From Eledone cirrhosa (Eukaryota), in contig OZ024743.1 of assembly GCA_964016885.1 (NCBI GenBank), positions 367,226,001 through 367,290,000 on the forward strand: a DNA stretch of 64,000 nt. The letters are read 5' to 3'. A model generated the notes under the pieces. That model searched no databases. It was given only the letters and a program-made list of their open reading frames with translations, and had not been told where the DNA came from. Within the stretch, counting starts at the first letter, position 1, and every line of letters begins with the position of its first letter. Position numbers and translations under genes: made by a program. Below, in pieces: positions 49,913 to 63,320 of this stretch.

Positions 49913-50081
49913 TTATCATTTTTTTCAATTTACATGAAAATTTGTATTTTCTGGTATGTTTACATGCTTACATATTAAAGTGTGTATATTTATATATACA
50001 TTGGTGCAGTCTCAGTTACCCACCCTGTATGTATACAGAAAACTTTATATATGTAATATTTATATATATATATATATATAG

Positions 50082-50670
50082 TGCATGCTCCGATGGATGT
50101 GTAATAGTAATATACGCGAACAGAAAGGCATAAACGAATTGAGAGATAGTCTGAGCATAAGAGGAATCAAATAGTGTGTGCAGGAGAGAAGGTTGCGTAG
50201 GTATGGACATGTGATGCGTATGAAGGATGACAGCTGCATAAAAAGGTGCAGAGCACTAGAAATCGATGGAAACCGCGGAGTGGGGAGACCCAAGAAGACC
50301 TGGGATAAAAGCCGACCTTACCCAATTGCACCTTTCAAAGATGGTGACACATGACCATGACCTCTGGCGTCACGCAGTAATACAGAAGACCCGACTTCCC
50401 ACAGATAAAAGCCAAAGCTGAAGTATATAGACAATATGCCCCCACTCTCTCCCACTGCAAAGTGGTCGTGGAGGTGCCATGGCAAAAAAGCACCCAGCAC
50501 TCACTGTAAATGAGGTTGGTGTTAGGAAGGGCATCCAGTTGTAGAAATCAAGCCAGAATCAGTTCCCGTATGAGTAAGACAAGGTCAGCCGACCGGACAC
50601 TGCCAACAACAGGACAATCCGTCGAACCCATGCTAGCGTGGAAGAACAGACGTAAAACGGTGATGATGAT
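50082..50670 (+). mobile_element. Short 5'-truncated RTE LINE (subfamily of 52666) following (TA)n
   Basis: Matches the 3' end and UTR of 51290-52414. Confidence 0.92.
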
Positions 50671-51289
50671 TGGTGGCGGCAAAATAGTAGTTAGTTCTAC
50701 AGCCAAAATCCACAGAGAAAATTAACTGGAGACGTAATTCTAGTAAATTGTTTATACTTCTACAATACACAAGATATTTTAAATTGTTTATACTTCTACA
50801 ATACACAAGATATTTTAACTGTTTTTTTATACAATTCCTAATAATATTTGATTATAAAAATACATAGGATTTTTTAAACATAGAATACCTATGGGGCCCC
50901 ATAAGAGTAAAACAGGAATGCCTCTTTGCCTAGCTTCATAGCTGAAGGAAAATTATGAATTTAAATGATAATTTCAAGGAAAGGAGATGAAGTCTTCTTG
51001 GCAGAGCTATTCTGCTAGATAATGGGTTGCAGGGGGCTGATAGTGATTCGGGTACCAAACATGATGGCTAGATACAATATAAGTGGGGACCTACCGGATG
51101 AATAAGCAACTCAGGACCAACAGTGGTAAACTACTAGGGAAGATAGTGCAAGTTTATACACCAAACAAAGAGTCTGAATACAGATCCTTCCTTGATGAAA
51201 TCATTGCAGCATTAGATGTAGTTAAGACTGAGTTGTATATCCTGACAGGAGACTTCAATGCACTTGTTGGCACTGACTATCTGACATGG

Positions 51290-52414
51290 AAAGCCCAGAT
51301 CCCCCCAGGGAAATGGCTTTGCTCAGTATGGAGGAAAGGTGTAGGTAGGAACTCCATTCTTTGCCCCAAATGCAAACAATGGGTACACAAGAGATGTAGT
51401 GGGAGCTCAGGAAGCTTAACTAAGAATGTAAGCTTCACATGTAGCAGCTGTGCTGGGACAGCAAACAGCAAACAGCTACAGGAAACAAGCATCACCAAAC
51501 TCTGGGAGGGCTCTGTAGAAACAGTAGACAGCTTCTGCTACCTAGGTGACCCATTTAGCAGCAGAGGTGAGTGTTCGGAAAGTACAATAACTAGGGTAAG
51601 AACGGGATGGAAGAAGTTCAGAGAGCTACTGCCACTGCTAGCTGCAAAAGGTTTTTTCATCAAAACGAAAGGCAGACTGTATGATGCGTTTATACGAACA
51701 GCAATGCTTCATGGTAGTGAGACCTGGGCACTGTCTGTAGAAGGCTTGCATAGATTAGAAAGAAACGAAGCCTGCATGCTCCGATGGATGTGTAATAGTA
51801 ATATACGTGAACGGCAAAGCATAAACAAATTGAGAGAGAGACTGAGCATAAGAGGAATCAAATGCTGTGTGCAGGAGAGGCGGTTGCGTTGGTATGGACA
51901 TGTGATGCGTATGAAGGATGACAGCTTCATAAAAAGGTGTAGAGCACTAGAAGTCAATGGAAACCACAGAGTGGGGAGTCGCAAGAAGACCTGGGATGAG
52001 GTGATAAAAACCGACCTTACCCAATTACACCTCTCAAAGGCAATGACACACGACCGTGACCTCTGGCGTCACGCAGTAATACAGAAGACCCGACTCCCCA
52101 CGGGTACAAGCTGAAGCTGAAGCAAATAGACAATATGTCCCCACACCCTCCTACTGCAAAGTGGTCGTGGAGGTGCCACGGCAAAAAAGCACCCAGCCCA
52201 CACTGTAAAGTGGATGTGTAGGCGCCATGGAAAAAAAGCACTCAGCACTTACTGTAAATGAGGTGGGTGTTAGGAAGGGCATCCAGCTGTAGAAATCAAG
52301 CCAGAATCAGTTCCCGTAAGAGAAAGGCATGGTCAGCTGACCGGCAACTGCCCACAACAGGACAACCTGTCTAACCCATGCTAGCGTGGAAGAACGGACA
52401 TAAAACGGTGATGA
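51290..52414 (+). mobile_element. RTE LINE 3' part, preceded in frame by an APE-like fragment (~51140-51290)
   Basis: ORF 51083-52114: VQVYTPN..SEY.SFLD, LTGDFNALVG, then GKWLCSV, YLGD, LHGSETW. Confidence 0.92.
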
Positions 52415-52665
52415 TATGTTAGATGGCCATCCTGGTGCCATTACAAAAGTCACTCAATCCACCCTGTTAGGTGGTAATGCTGGTGCCATGACAAAAAAGT
52501 ACCCAGTTCACCCTGTTAGGTGATCATCCAGCCATAGAAAACCCAACTCTAAATAGATCTGTATGAGCAAGATGTGCTCACCTGATCTGGCTAGCCTCAT
52601 AACATGTCAACCCATCTAATGTAAGCATGGAAAATAGATATTAAACAGTGTTGATGATAAAGATG

Positions 52666-55335
52666 TCATCATCATCATCATCACCGTTTTACGTCCGTTC
52701 TTCCACGCTAGCATGGGTTAGACGGGTTGTCCTGTTGTGGGCAGTGTCTGGTCGGCTGACCATGCCTTGCTCATACAGGAACTGATCTGGCTTGATTTCT
52801 ACAGCTGGATGCCCTTCCTAACACCAACCTCATTTACAGTGAGTGCTGGGTGCTTTTTCGTGGCGCCTACACGTCCACTTTACAGTGTGGGCTGGGTGCT
52901 TTTTTGCCGTGGCACCTCCACGACCACCTTGCGGTGGGGGGGGGGGGCATATTGTTTATATGCTTCAGCATGTACCCATGGGAGGTCGGGTACCCTGTAT
53001 TACTGCGTGACGCCAGAAGTCACGGTCGTGTGTCATTGACTTTGAGAGGTGTAGTTGGGTAAGGTCGGCTTTTATCACCTCATCCCAAGTCATCTTGGGT
53101 CTCCCCACTCCGCGGTTTCCATCAACTTCTAGTGCTCTGCACCTTTTTATGCAGCTGTCATCCTTCATACGCATCACATGTCCATACCAGCGTAACCGCC
53201 TCTCCTGCACGCAGCATTTGATTCCTCTTATGCTCAGTCTCTCTCTCAATTCATTTATGCTTTGTCGTTCACGTATATTACTGTTACACATCCATCGGAG
53301 CATGCAGGCTTCGTTTCTCTCTAATCTACGTAAGTCTTCCACCTTCAGCGCCCAGGTCTCACTACCATGCAACATCGCTGTTCGGATACACGCATCATAC
53401 AGTCTGCCTTTCATTCTGAGGGAGAAGCCTTTTGCAGCTAGCAGTGGTAGTAGTTCCCTAAACTTCTTCCATCCCGTTCTTACCCTAGTTATTGTACTTT
53501 CTGAGCACCCACCTCCGTTGCTAATTCGGTCACCTAGGTAGCAGAAGCTGTCTACTGTTTCTACAGGGCCCTCCCAGAGATTGGTGGTACTTGTTTCCTG
53601 TGGCTGTTTGCTTGCTGTTTCAGCACAGCTGCTGCATGTGAATCCTACATTCTTAATTAAGCTTCCTGAGATCCCGCTACATCTCTTGTGTACCCATTGT
53701 TTGCATTTGGGGCAAAGAATGGAGTTCCTACCTACACCTTTCCTACATACTGAGCAAGGCCATTTCCCTGAGGGGATCTGGGTTCTGTTTTCTCGTCTAC
53801 TTATAAGGACCTTAGTCTTTGTCATGTTGACTTTGAGGCCCTTTCTCTCTAGTCCCTGCTTCCAGGTTTGGAATTTATTCTCTAGTTCTACCATAGATTC
53901 AGCTATGAGTGCGAGGTCATCAGCATACAGGAGTTCCCATGGGCATCCGGTCTTAAACTCCTCCGTTATTGCCTGCAGGACTATGATGAACAGGAGAGGG
54001 CTAAGAACAGAGCCCTGGTGGACCCCAACCTGTACGCTAAATTCCTCGCTATACTCATTGCCAATCCTAACTTTGCTGACTGCTCCCCTATACATGGCTT
54101 GTACCGCTTTCACAAGCCATTCATCTACTCCTAGTTTTCTAAGAGCCCACCAGATTACTGCACGTGGAACTCTGTCAAAGGCTTTCTCAAGGTCGACAAA
54201 TGCCAAGTAGAGTGGCTTACTTTTAGCTAGGTACTTTTCCTGTAATTGCCTCACAAGGAAGAGCGCATCAGTGGTGCCTTTCCCTGGAACAAACCCAAAT
54301 TGCATCTCGTCTATATTCACCCGGTCCCTAATCAGCTGTGCTATAACTCTTTCTGTTACTTTCATGACCTGGTCCATCAACTTTATACCTCTATAGTTTC
54401 CTCTATCTAGTGCATCGCCTTTACCTTTGTAGCAGTTGACAATGATGCTACTGCACCAATCTTTTGGTATGGCCCCCTCTAGTATTACCTGGTTAACGAT
54501 ACGTGTGGTTATAGTGTGACCTACAGACCCAGATGCCTTCAGCATCTCGGCAGCTATACCCGATGGACCGGTTGCCTTCCCTATCTTCATATCTCTGATT
54601 GCCTTACTTACTACGCTGCCGCTGACTTGTACTGCTGGTCCCTCTATAGGGTCTACGTGGGGTAGGGTCTCTTCTTCCCATGCATTCTCCTCATTTAGTA
54701 ATCTATCATAATGACTCTTCCATGCATCTTTCTTCTCAGCACTTGTGAGGGCAAGCTCACCTTTATCATTCCGGATACACTTCTCTCCAATGACATCACA
54801 ACTATCTCTGACACACTGCCTCGCAATCTTGAATACCTCCTGTTTCTGGTCCTCACGTTGTAAAACATGCTTGAATTTTCTATCCTCTGCTTCCCTCCTA
54901 GCTAAGTATACTTGTCGCCTAGCTTCCCTCTTGGTCTCTATGTAATGTACCCTGCTCCCCCCGTTCTTCCATTCTTTCCATGCCTGTCTCTTGGCCTTGA
55001 CTGCTTCATCTACCTTATTGTTCCACCACCAAGTCACTCTCCTCCTGCTTGAGGTCTTACTCCAGCCACAAACCTCATCCGTCGCCTCTAGTAAGTTATT
55101 TTTTAGGAACTCCCAGTTCTCTTCTACGTTAAATGTCTCTATCTGTTCTTCTTTACTGTCGTAGGCGTTGAGTAAAATATCTTTAAATCTGTTACTGGTT
55201 GAGGGGACTTTCAGCTTCCAGATCTTTCTTCTCCAGGTTGGCCTCTGTTTCAGGGCTCGTCTAGTTCTGACCGTGAGGTCGCTGACAACTAAGCTATGTT
55301 GGGATGTACATTCCTCACTAGGGAAGGCTTTTGTG
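52666..55335 (-). mobile_element. Young 5'-truncated RTE LINE (~2.7 kb)
   Basis: Open RT ORF, 3' UTR and (TGA)n tail; homology continues to ~55335 (end of the endonuclease region) and abuts TA repeats. Confidence 0.95.
52965..55037 (-). CDS. RTE reverse transcriptase (partial ORF, 690 aa) with embedded PHD-like finger
   Basis: NYRGIKL, QFGF.PG, FVDLEKAFDRVP, GVHQGSVLSPLLF, YADD, CSVC..CPKC..WVHKRC..CSSC, F.YLG, RLRWYGHV.R. Confidence 0.93.
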   Translation of the reverse strand: MTWWWNNKVDEAVKAKRQAWKEWKNGGSRVHYIETKREARRQVYLARREAEDRKFKHVLQREDQKQEVFKIARQCVRDSCDVIGEKCIRNDKGELALTSAEKKDAWKSHYDRLLNEENAWEEETLPHVDPIEGPAVQVSGSVVSKAIRDMKIGKATGPSGIAAEMLKASGSVGHTITTRIVNQVILEGAIPKDWCSSIIVNCYKGKGDALDRGNYRGIKLMDQVMKVTERVIAQLIRDRVNIDEMQFGFVPGKGTTDALFLVRQLQEKYLAKSKPLYLAFVDLEKAFDRVPRAVIWWALRKLGVDEWLVKAVQAMYRGAVSKVRIGNEYSEEFSVQVGVHQGSVLSPLLFIIVLQAITEEFKTGCPWELLYADDLALIAESMVELENKFQTWKQGLERKGLKVNMTKTKVLISRRENRTQIPSGKWPCSVCRKGVGRNSILCPKCKQWVHKRCSGISGSLIKNVGFTCSSCAETASKQPQETSTTNLWEGPVETVDSFCYLGDRISNGGGCSESTITRVRTGWKKFRELLPLLAAKGFSLRMKGRLYDACIRTAMLHGSETWALKVEDLRRLERNEACMLRWMCNSNIRERQSINELRERLSIRGIKCCVQERRLRWYGHVMRMKDDSCIKRCRALEVDGNRGVGRPKMTWDEVIKADLTQLHLSKSMTHDRDFWRHAVIQGTRPPMGTC

Positions 55336-56458
55336 TTTATATGTGTATATATATATATGTGTATATATATATATATATATACAGAGAGAGAGAGAGAGAG
55401 AGAGAGATCGTCAACTATATAAACTAGTATAATGATAATAGTTAAGTTATATATAATACTTATGATTCTTAAGCATGCTGCTATTACATATACTATTATT
55501 TTAGTTTTTAATGTACAGTAAGAAGCATATGACCATTATTCTACAATAGGAAACTATTAAATCTTTCACTATAGCAGTTTCTCAGGGGAAAACTGGTCTG
55601 TTTCTCTTCCACATCACAACCTTCCTATTTCTATTGATTAGCAAAGGAAATAATTTAGTCTTGACTTAGGTTATCTTTATACTGATTGAGATATTTTTCT
55701 AATAGACAATATTTATCTTCCCTCTCTCTGTCTCTAAGCATTTACCAATAACTAGAAGAGAATCAATCAATTCCTTACATGAAGATTCAATCAGAATACC
55801 TTTATATATTTTGATATCAAAGTCAATCGGTTCTTAAAACCCAACAAGAAAGATTATTCTAAACAATAAATCAATGGCGAAAGAAAATTTTTAAAAGCAT
55901 TTTCATAGCTTCATGTCAGCAATGTTTTAGAGAGAATTATCTATCTTTATATATTATCATGATAAGCAAGCAGTCTGAAGAATTACCATACGTAATTCAA
56001 CAGACAGAACAGAGAATTAACATAAAAGTAACTATTTTAGTGTTCATTTCTTATTCAGATAATTCAGTTTTTATGTATTTGTATTCAAAAAGGGTTTGTT
56101 TTAGTTTACACTAAAACTTGACCAAAATGCCAGCTATATTCAACAAATGTCGAATTCAATAATCTAAAATTGGCCACTACTAACAAACTAACAAATAAAA
56201 ATATCAGTAATTTAAATGAATACCAAAACAAACAAACTAAAAAAAAAAAGATGGCTGCAGAGTTATCTAATTATCTGAAACAATTAAAATTGTGAATGTG
56301 TATAAATTTAAAGTAATGGTAAAAAGGTGACATCTTTATGACGCTATTTTATTACATTTTTATTCTTCAGAGGCCAATAGGTGTATTCAACTCTATTACT
56401 GTCCAGGCAATAAATATATAATAAAAAATAAATGGCCAATATGATTTTCACACATAAA

Positions 56459-56459
<1 letters not shown>

Positions 56460-56489
<30 letters not shown>

Positions 56490-56635
56490 GAAGCAGAAGA
56501 AGAAGAAGAAAAAGAAGAAGAAGAAGAAGAAGAAAAAGAAGAAGAAGAAGAAGAAGAAAAAGAAGAAGAAGAAGAAGAAGAAGAAGAAGAAGAAGAAGAA
56601 GAAGAAGAAGAAGAAAAAGAAGAAGAAGAAGAAGT
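56460..56635. repeat. (CAG)n/(GAA)n microsatellite
   Basis: Direct reading. Confidence 0.98.
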
Positions 56636-57257
56636 CAGTAAAATCTGAACACTGAACTATGCATAATTGATAATCTTGCTATTGAGTGATGCTAAAAGAA
56701 AAGAAAGAGGTGTTGGTTGTGGTGAGGACACAGCAAGGACATTTGAACAACTAGAATACTTTTCATTCATTTGTGAAAGTAATTCTATAGGTTTAACTGA
56801 ATGAGAAGTTCTAGGCACTTTTGTAAAGGTCTACTTAAGGAACTATAACATTACTGAAGTAAAACCCCAGAGTATAGTATCAGTTCTACAAATACGTCAA
56901 CAAAAATGAATATATCCATAAAAGTAAAGAGAAAGCTGATGACCTTTATTTTAATACTGCTGATTATATCAGATTCTATGGTTTATTTTACCTGACTTAT
57001 ACTAAACAAGCATGTGATTCTCATATTTTCTGGTGCCAAATTTATTAAGAGAGGGTCATGCTTATGTTGGATTTTACCATGACAGCATATCGTGAATTTA
57101 TCTGAAAGTTTAAAACAGTCATTTATATGAGATTCCATTCCTAGATATTGATAAGAATGGAAGTGACAAGTTCTTATTTATCCTTATTTATCCAAGTCAG
57201 CCTATAACTGTACAATATACATATGCGTGTGTTAATCTGTCAAAGTCAATACATGTA

Positions 57258-57472
57258 TGGTATGGCTATGTGGTTATGGAGCTTGCATTGCATCACGTGG
57301 TTCTGGGTTCAGTCTTGCTGTGTAGCACCTTGGGTAAATGTGTGCTACTATAGATTTAGGTTGACCAATGTTATTGAATAGAATTTGGTAAACAGAAACT
57401 GCAGAACACCATCGTATATATGAATCTCTTTTTTGACAAACCTTTAAGTTGTGGGACATAAACACACGCATG

Positions 57473-57564
<92 letters not shown>

Positions 57565-57950
57565 TACATCTATATATATATGAATATTCTCATATTTTAT
57601 GGTTTGTTAAGAGATGGTCATGTTTTTATATATCTTGGCATATCATGAATTGATCTTAGAGTATAGTATGTGGGACATAAACACTAACACAAACACAAAC
57701 ATGAATACACACACACATACGTACACACACATACGTACATATATGTGTGTATATGTGTGTGTTTGTGTGGTCAGGCTTATATTTACATTTATGTTCATGA
57801 CCCACAACTTAGAAGTTTGTCAAAAAAAGAGATTCATAAGTACCAGACTTGAAAAAAGTAAGTATTAGGGATCAATATAATCAGCTAAATCAAGGCAGTA
57901 TCAGAGCATGGTCGCAGTCTCATGACTGAAGCCAGTAGAAAAATAAAAGA
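57258..57950 (+). mobile_element. Degenerate tRNA-derived SINE, third family, with internal microsatellites and an internal inversion
   Basis: Head tggctatgtggtt..ctgggttcagtc..caccttgggtaaatgt..gaatttggta.acagaaactg (also at ~5780-5905); 57421-57462 is the inverse of ~57790-57838. Confidence 0.55.
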
Positions 57951-58537
57951 ATATACACATACGCACATGTACAAATATATAGCTATGCATGTATATACAT
58001 ACATTGATCATAATCATCATACACATATAGATATGCATAAACACACATACACATATGTGCATGTTAGCATATTAATTTTTGTGTATGACCATAGTTAATT
58101 TATGGGATATATCAATAATTTTGATGTCTTCATTGAATGATTTGATGATCGTTAGTCACTGATCATATTCCACTTTTGTGGATTACCCAATGAATTTGTT
58201 CAATTTTGCCAACTCACAACCAATTCCATAGATGAAATACTCTGCAACTATTTAACTACAGTTAGTGTTGAGTAGGACAGTGTGTGTGGTATGATATTGC
58301 AGTACCATGCATGGTATTGTGATATCATCAACGTATTAATATATATATATACACATATATATATATCTATATATATATACAAACATACTTACATATAACC
58401 GATGCTAGCTTGGAAGATGGATGTTAAACAATGATGATGATGATGATGATGATAATATATATATAATGGATCACTGGTGCTGGTACCAATATGAGCATTC
58501 AATGCACAGGAAGAGTGTATATAATAACAAAACAACC

Positions 58538-58834
58538 GATGAAGTTTCGTTTACATGTTTTTATGGTTTTATTGAGTATTGACTTGTTACATATGTTTTG
58601 CAGATGATTGGCTCAAGGTCAGCTATGGAAGCTATGGACCTGACTCCAGCATCAATCTGCTCAACAGACTGGTGATTCAACAACAAAAAAGAAAAATCAC
58701 CAGTCTGACGAGCAGATTGATGCTGGAGTCAGGTCCATAGCTCCCATAGATGACCTTGAGCCAATCATTTGTGAAACACACGTAACAGGTCAATACCCAA
58801 TAAAAGAATAAAAATGTTTAAATGAAATTTCATC
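58538..58834. repeat. Degenerate fold-back palindrome (~140-bp arms) containing a long-stem-II hammerhead (58697-58792, plus)
   Basis: CTGACGA (58705)-gcaga..long hairpin..tttgt-GAAA (58773)-cacacg-TA|acaggt; the mirror arm has a decayed core. Confidence 0.85.
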
Positions 58835-60288
58835 ATTTTTTCTTATCATATATATATCATCATCATCTAATGTCATATATATGCTATTATTCTTTTTCTG
58901 AACCAGGCCATTTAATAGTTAAGCATATTAACACATTTCCAGTGACAAAATATGAATCTTCAACATATTGGATCCGCATTCACTGTACCCTATCTATTCA
59001 GCTATCTTGAGCCACATGGGGAGCTTATATACAGTTGCTTGCTTCTAACAGCAACCAAATTTTCTTCAACTCACACATTACTTCCCTAACCTTTTTGTTC
59101 CCATATTTCTAATAAAATACACTGCCTATGATTTTCAAATAGTTCTTAAAATAATCACGAATTTGAAAGTAAAATAACTTTCTTATTATTAAGCTGGTGT
59201 TTGAACCATAACTTAAAGGTTCTTATATAAAATTATGATGGAAGGTGTTAAAATAAACTGATTTGTATTATTATGGAACTATGGTCAGTTGCAAGCAGTT
59301 TGATGCCAAAATGATTAAATTTAGGATGATGTATTGAACAATGTAGTCCCTAATATACAAAAAGACTGGATGGTTACAGTTGGAATGGGCTGACCTGGGG
59401 TTAAACAACTACAAAAACAATAACTTATCAAAGTACAAATTTACTCTCTGCCAAGAAATGTGCAACAAAAATAGAAAACCACAGACCATGATCTCACACT
59501 ACTAATGGAATGCACCATCCCCTAATCCACTTCATCTCTTTTCAGCACTTGAGACAAACAAAGGAGATGATAAGTCAGCTGGGTTGAATTATGTTCAAGA
59601 AATTTTCTGCTCTGTGGATTCTAAATCAACAGGATTATGAAAAGGTGTGAAAAATGTGGCAAGTAGTCTGAAGCTGAGATTGGAAAATCTAATTTATTTT
59701 GTGGAGAGTAAAATAAGGATGATACCAATTTGATTTCCATCAAAGGCAAAGGGTGGAAAAACAAAAGAAAAAGAGAGAGAATGAAAAAGAAATGAAGTAG
59801 AGTAAAAAGTGAAAAATAAGTGGTTAAATAAAAGAGATGGAATAGAAAAGATGCAACAGAACAATTGCTAATCACTGACCTCATCTATATTAAATGAGTA
59901 TTTATACAGTTAGTAGAAAATAATCTAATGATAGGTTAAGTATGGAACCAATAAAAATAACAAAACAAAAACAAAATTATACTCATCATAATGGACAGAA
60001 GTTTCAAGAAACAAGATATATATCAAAGTAGATTATATTTAATTAGATATAGCAAGCAAATACAGTAATAATAACAATAACAACAACAATTATCATAATG
60101 GGAAAAAGTTATTGATTTAGTGAGGTATACATCTCCAATAATAATGGTGATAATAATGCTTATAACAATAACAGTAACTTCAATGACAGTGGTGAGAATA
60201 TATAGATTTAATATATTCTCTGTTACTATCATTTCTACTACTATGATGACTACTCCAGTAGCAACAGTAATGGTGATGAGGGTAATAA

Positions 60289-60625
60289 TTGTTTCTATTT
60301 TTGGCACAAGGTCAGCAATTACCCCAGTGCATTACTGGTACTTTATTTTATCAACCCCGTAAGGATGAAAGGCAAAGTTAACCTTGGCGGGATTTGAACT
60401 CAGAACGTAAAGGACCATAAATCTATGCTGCAAAGCATGGTGCCTGAATCTCCACTGATACTGCCAATCCATAATGATTTCTAGTATAGTACTTGACAAG
60501 AAATTTGTGACCCCAGTGTTTGACTGGTACTTGACCCCAAAAAGATAATAGGCAAAGTTGATCTTAGCAAGATCCTAAAGAGTTGGAACAAACATTGCAA
60601 GGTGTTTTATCCAATGCTCTGACAA
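60289..60625 (-). mobile_element. Two SINE copies of the 25035 family (60289-60470 well preserved; ~60500-60625 decayed); weaker relics to ~61090
   Basis: ttggcacaagg..cccagtgcattactggtact..gatgaaaggcaaagttaacc..atactgccaatcc. Confidence 0.8.
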
Positions 60626-61189
60626 TCTACAAACAACCAAAAGCTAAAAACAAAAGTAAACAACAAGCAGTAACTAGAAGCTGATTCACACAATAATAGA
60701 TATAATAATATTAATAGGTCCTTATGTAGAGAAATAAGGTTGAAATTTTGTTGGAGAAATATATTAGCTTGAACCTAGTACTTGAATAGTATATATTTTA
60801 TCACAGATGACTAATAAGGAAAGATAACTCCAGTCAGATCTGAACTCTGAATACTGAAATGTAATGAAATACTGCAGGGATGTTCTACTGATTCTGTTAT
60901 GACTGCTCTCATTATAATAATAGTAATGTTAATAGTAATATTAGCTTCAATACTAATATTAATAATTTCTAACAAGGTCACAATTTTTAAAGGAATGAAA
61001 AGTTAATTAAATCGACTCCAGTACTTGACTGATACTATTTTAGTGAAAGGTAAAGTTAATTATGGCAGGATTTGAATTCAGAATTTAAAGATTCAGAAAA
61101 ATATGAATAATATAAATAAGGTGGATGGAAAAACAATAATATAAACTATTAAAAAACTTAAAATTACTCTGCAAACAGTATTATGTAAT

Positions 61190-61920
61190 ATCATGCTAAG
61201 ACATTGATAACAATACTCAGCAAAGAGCTTACATGATCAATACCCAGCAAAACTAGACAAAGAAAAAATGGATAAAGAAAAACTTCAGTATTGGATGAAA
61301 AGCTTGGGACTCAAAGCTGAGGTGAAGGCTTTTCCATAGCAACACAAGACCAAAGACTTCTCATTAGAAACTATCAAAAGCATATGCTGAAGGTGAATAT
61401 AAAACGCTATTGCAGAACATATGGAGTTGTGAAGAAGCATTGAATCCAATCCCATTGTTTCTGGCTGCTTGGTCTTAATCAAACACACACACACGCACAC
61501 AGGTAAAGCTTTCGTACACAGTCAATTATGCTAGTATTATGGAATCCAGACAATACAGACAAGAAACAAAAATGGACAAACATGGACCAGAAAAAGTATA
61601 CTGGTTCACAGAAATGGAGATTAAGGCAAATCATGCAGATATTATTGTGAATGACTATCTGGAAAAGTAATGTCTCCTAAATGATGTATCAATTCCAATG
61701 GAGAACAATATATCTTGGAACAACATCAAAAAAAGATAACCAAATTATAAAGAACAACATCAAAAAAAGATAACCAAAAAATGGGGATTGAAAAGAGAAA
61801 CAATTCCCATAATAGTAGGTCCTTTAGGAGTGATTAAAAAAGATGCAGGGTTTACACACACTGACAACATACAGAAAGTAGTAGTACCCCTAGATACCAC
61901 ACACACATTATATTAAGTAT
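61190..61920 (+). pseudogene. Decayed 3' part of an R4/Dong-like (restriction-like endonuclease) non-LTR element
   Basis: Manual translation KSLHDQY..W..GLKAE..QDQ..RNYQKH, IVSGC, KANHADIIVND..DVSIP.ENN, IPIIVGPLGVI. Confidence 0.7.
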
Positions 61921-63130
61921 TTTTAAGTAATAAAAAATAAAGCACACACACAATACAGTGTATATAGTCAAGGTACTCAGAAATGTGTCCCAGACATTGA
62001 AGTAAAACTTACAATTGAGAAGTTTCAAAGTAAACTTATGAATGATTGCTGTTTTAGTTAGTCACTAATCCAATGATGCGAGCCTAGACAGTGTGGGTAA
62101 ATGCTTTCTGGCATGCAGAACCCCTGGTGAAAGCCACTTCATTGTCCCAGCAAACAGAATAGAGAAAATATTGTACTGGAGGATAGTGAGGGAGATGGTG
62201 TGGGGAGCAAGAACACCAGAAGTCTCCACTGTTACATGTTTAACAATGAGTTAGTGGGAAATACAACAGGACTCTACCACCATCAGGGAAATGGTTTTAC
62301 AGAAAAGGAATGGGTAGAAATTTCATGTAGTGAAAACTATCTACAGTATGGAGCAGTTTTACTGTATCTTCAACTATAAGTAACTATCTATTTGTCATGG
62401 CGTCCCCTACTGATAACTATCTATTGTCAGGATACTTGTACCATGGCATCATTCAGAGGCAATCTATTGTCAGTGACCTATACTAGAGATCTAGACTAAT
62501 CACACATTTGTTAGCATAGAAGTGTTGACTGCCTTCTTCCTGTCAAATACAATATTACCAGTAATCAAAATAAGATAATTATTATGAGGGAATCGTTATG
62601 CTCAAGAGGATGCTGATGCCATCTCTCCTCTCCTTGAAGAATATAATGTGTACAAATTACAACCAATGAGATCATTTTAACAAGTCAAAGTTGAACATTT
62701 ATTACAATTTATATAGCAGTCATATGACACAATAATAGTGATGAGTTACATTATGTATGTATATGTCTGTGGGCTCATCTGCTCTCAGTTATTTCAAACA
62801 GTTTTGAGGTAATCATATGAATTATAAGAAATTAAAGTTAGAGCTCCTAAAAGAGAGTATTGATAAGCAGAGTTGTTGGATAAAGTTCAACTGGCTGCTA
62901 TTGAGCCAATGGTTTTGGATAATAAAAGAAATATTTCAGGATTTATGGTTGCTTAAGAACTGGAAATATTCTAATACAAAGATAAATACCAATGTTGATT
63001 GACTAGGAAAAAAATAACCCCCCAAAGATTTGCTTTATGTCAAGTATCAAATAGTACATAGTATAGTTTTTTTGCTGATTTAATATCAGTTTGAATGTGC
63101 TTGTATGTGTGTGTATGAAAGAATGCTGGC

Positions 63131-63320
<190 letters not shown>

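Noticed and set aside
50746-50820. 36-bp tandem duplication
   Set aside because: Real, but an ordinary local slippage event.
53095-54210. Long antisense ORFs over RTE copies
   Set aside because: Shadow frames of the RT ORF, broken at different places among copies.
56432-56641. Protamine-like poly-Arg ORF
   Set aside because: Translation of a (GAA)n microsatellite; no other support.
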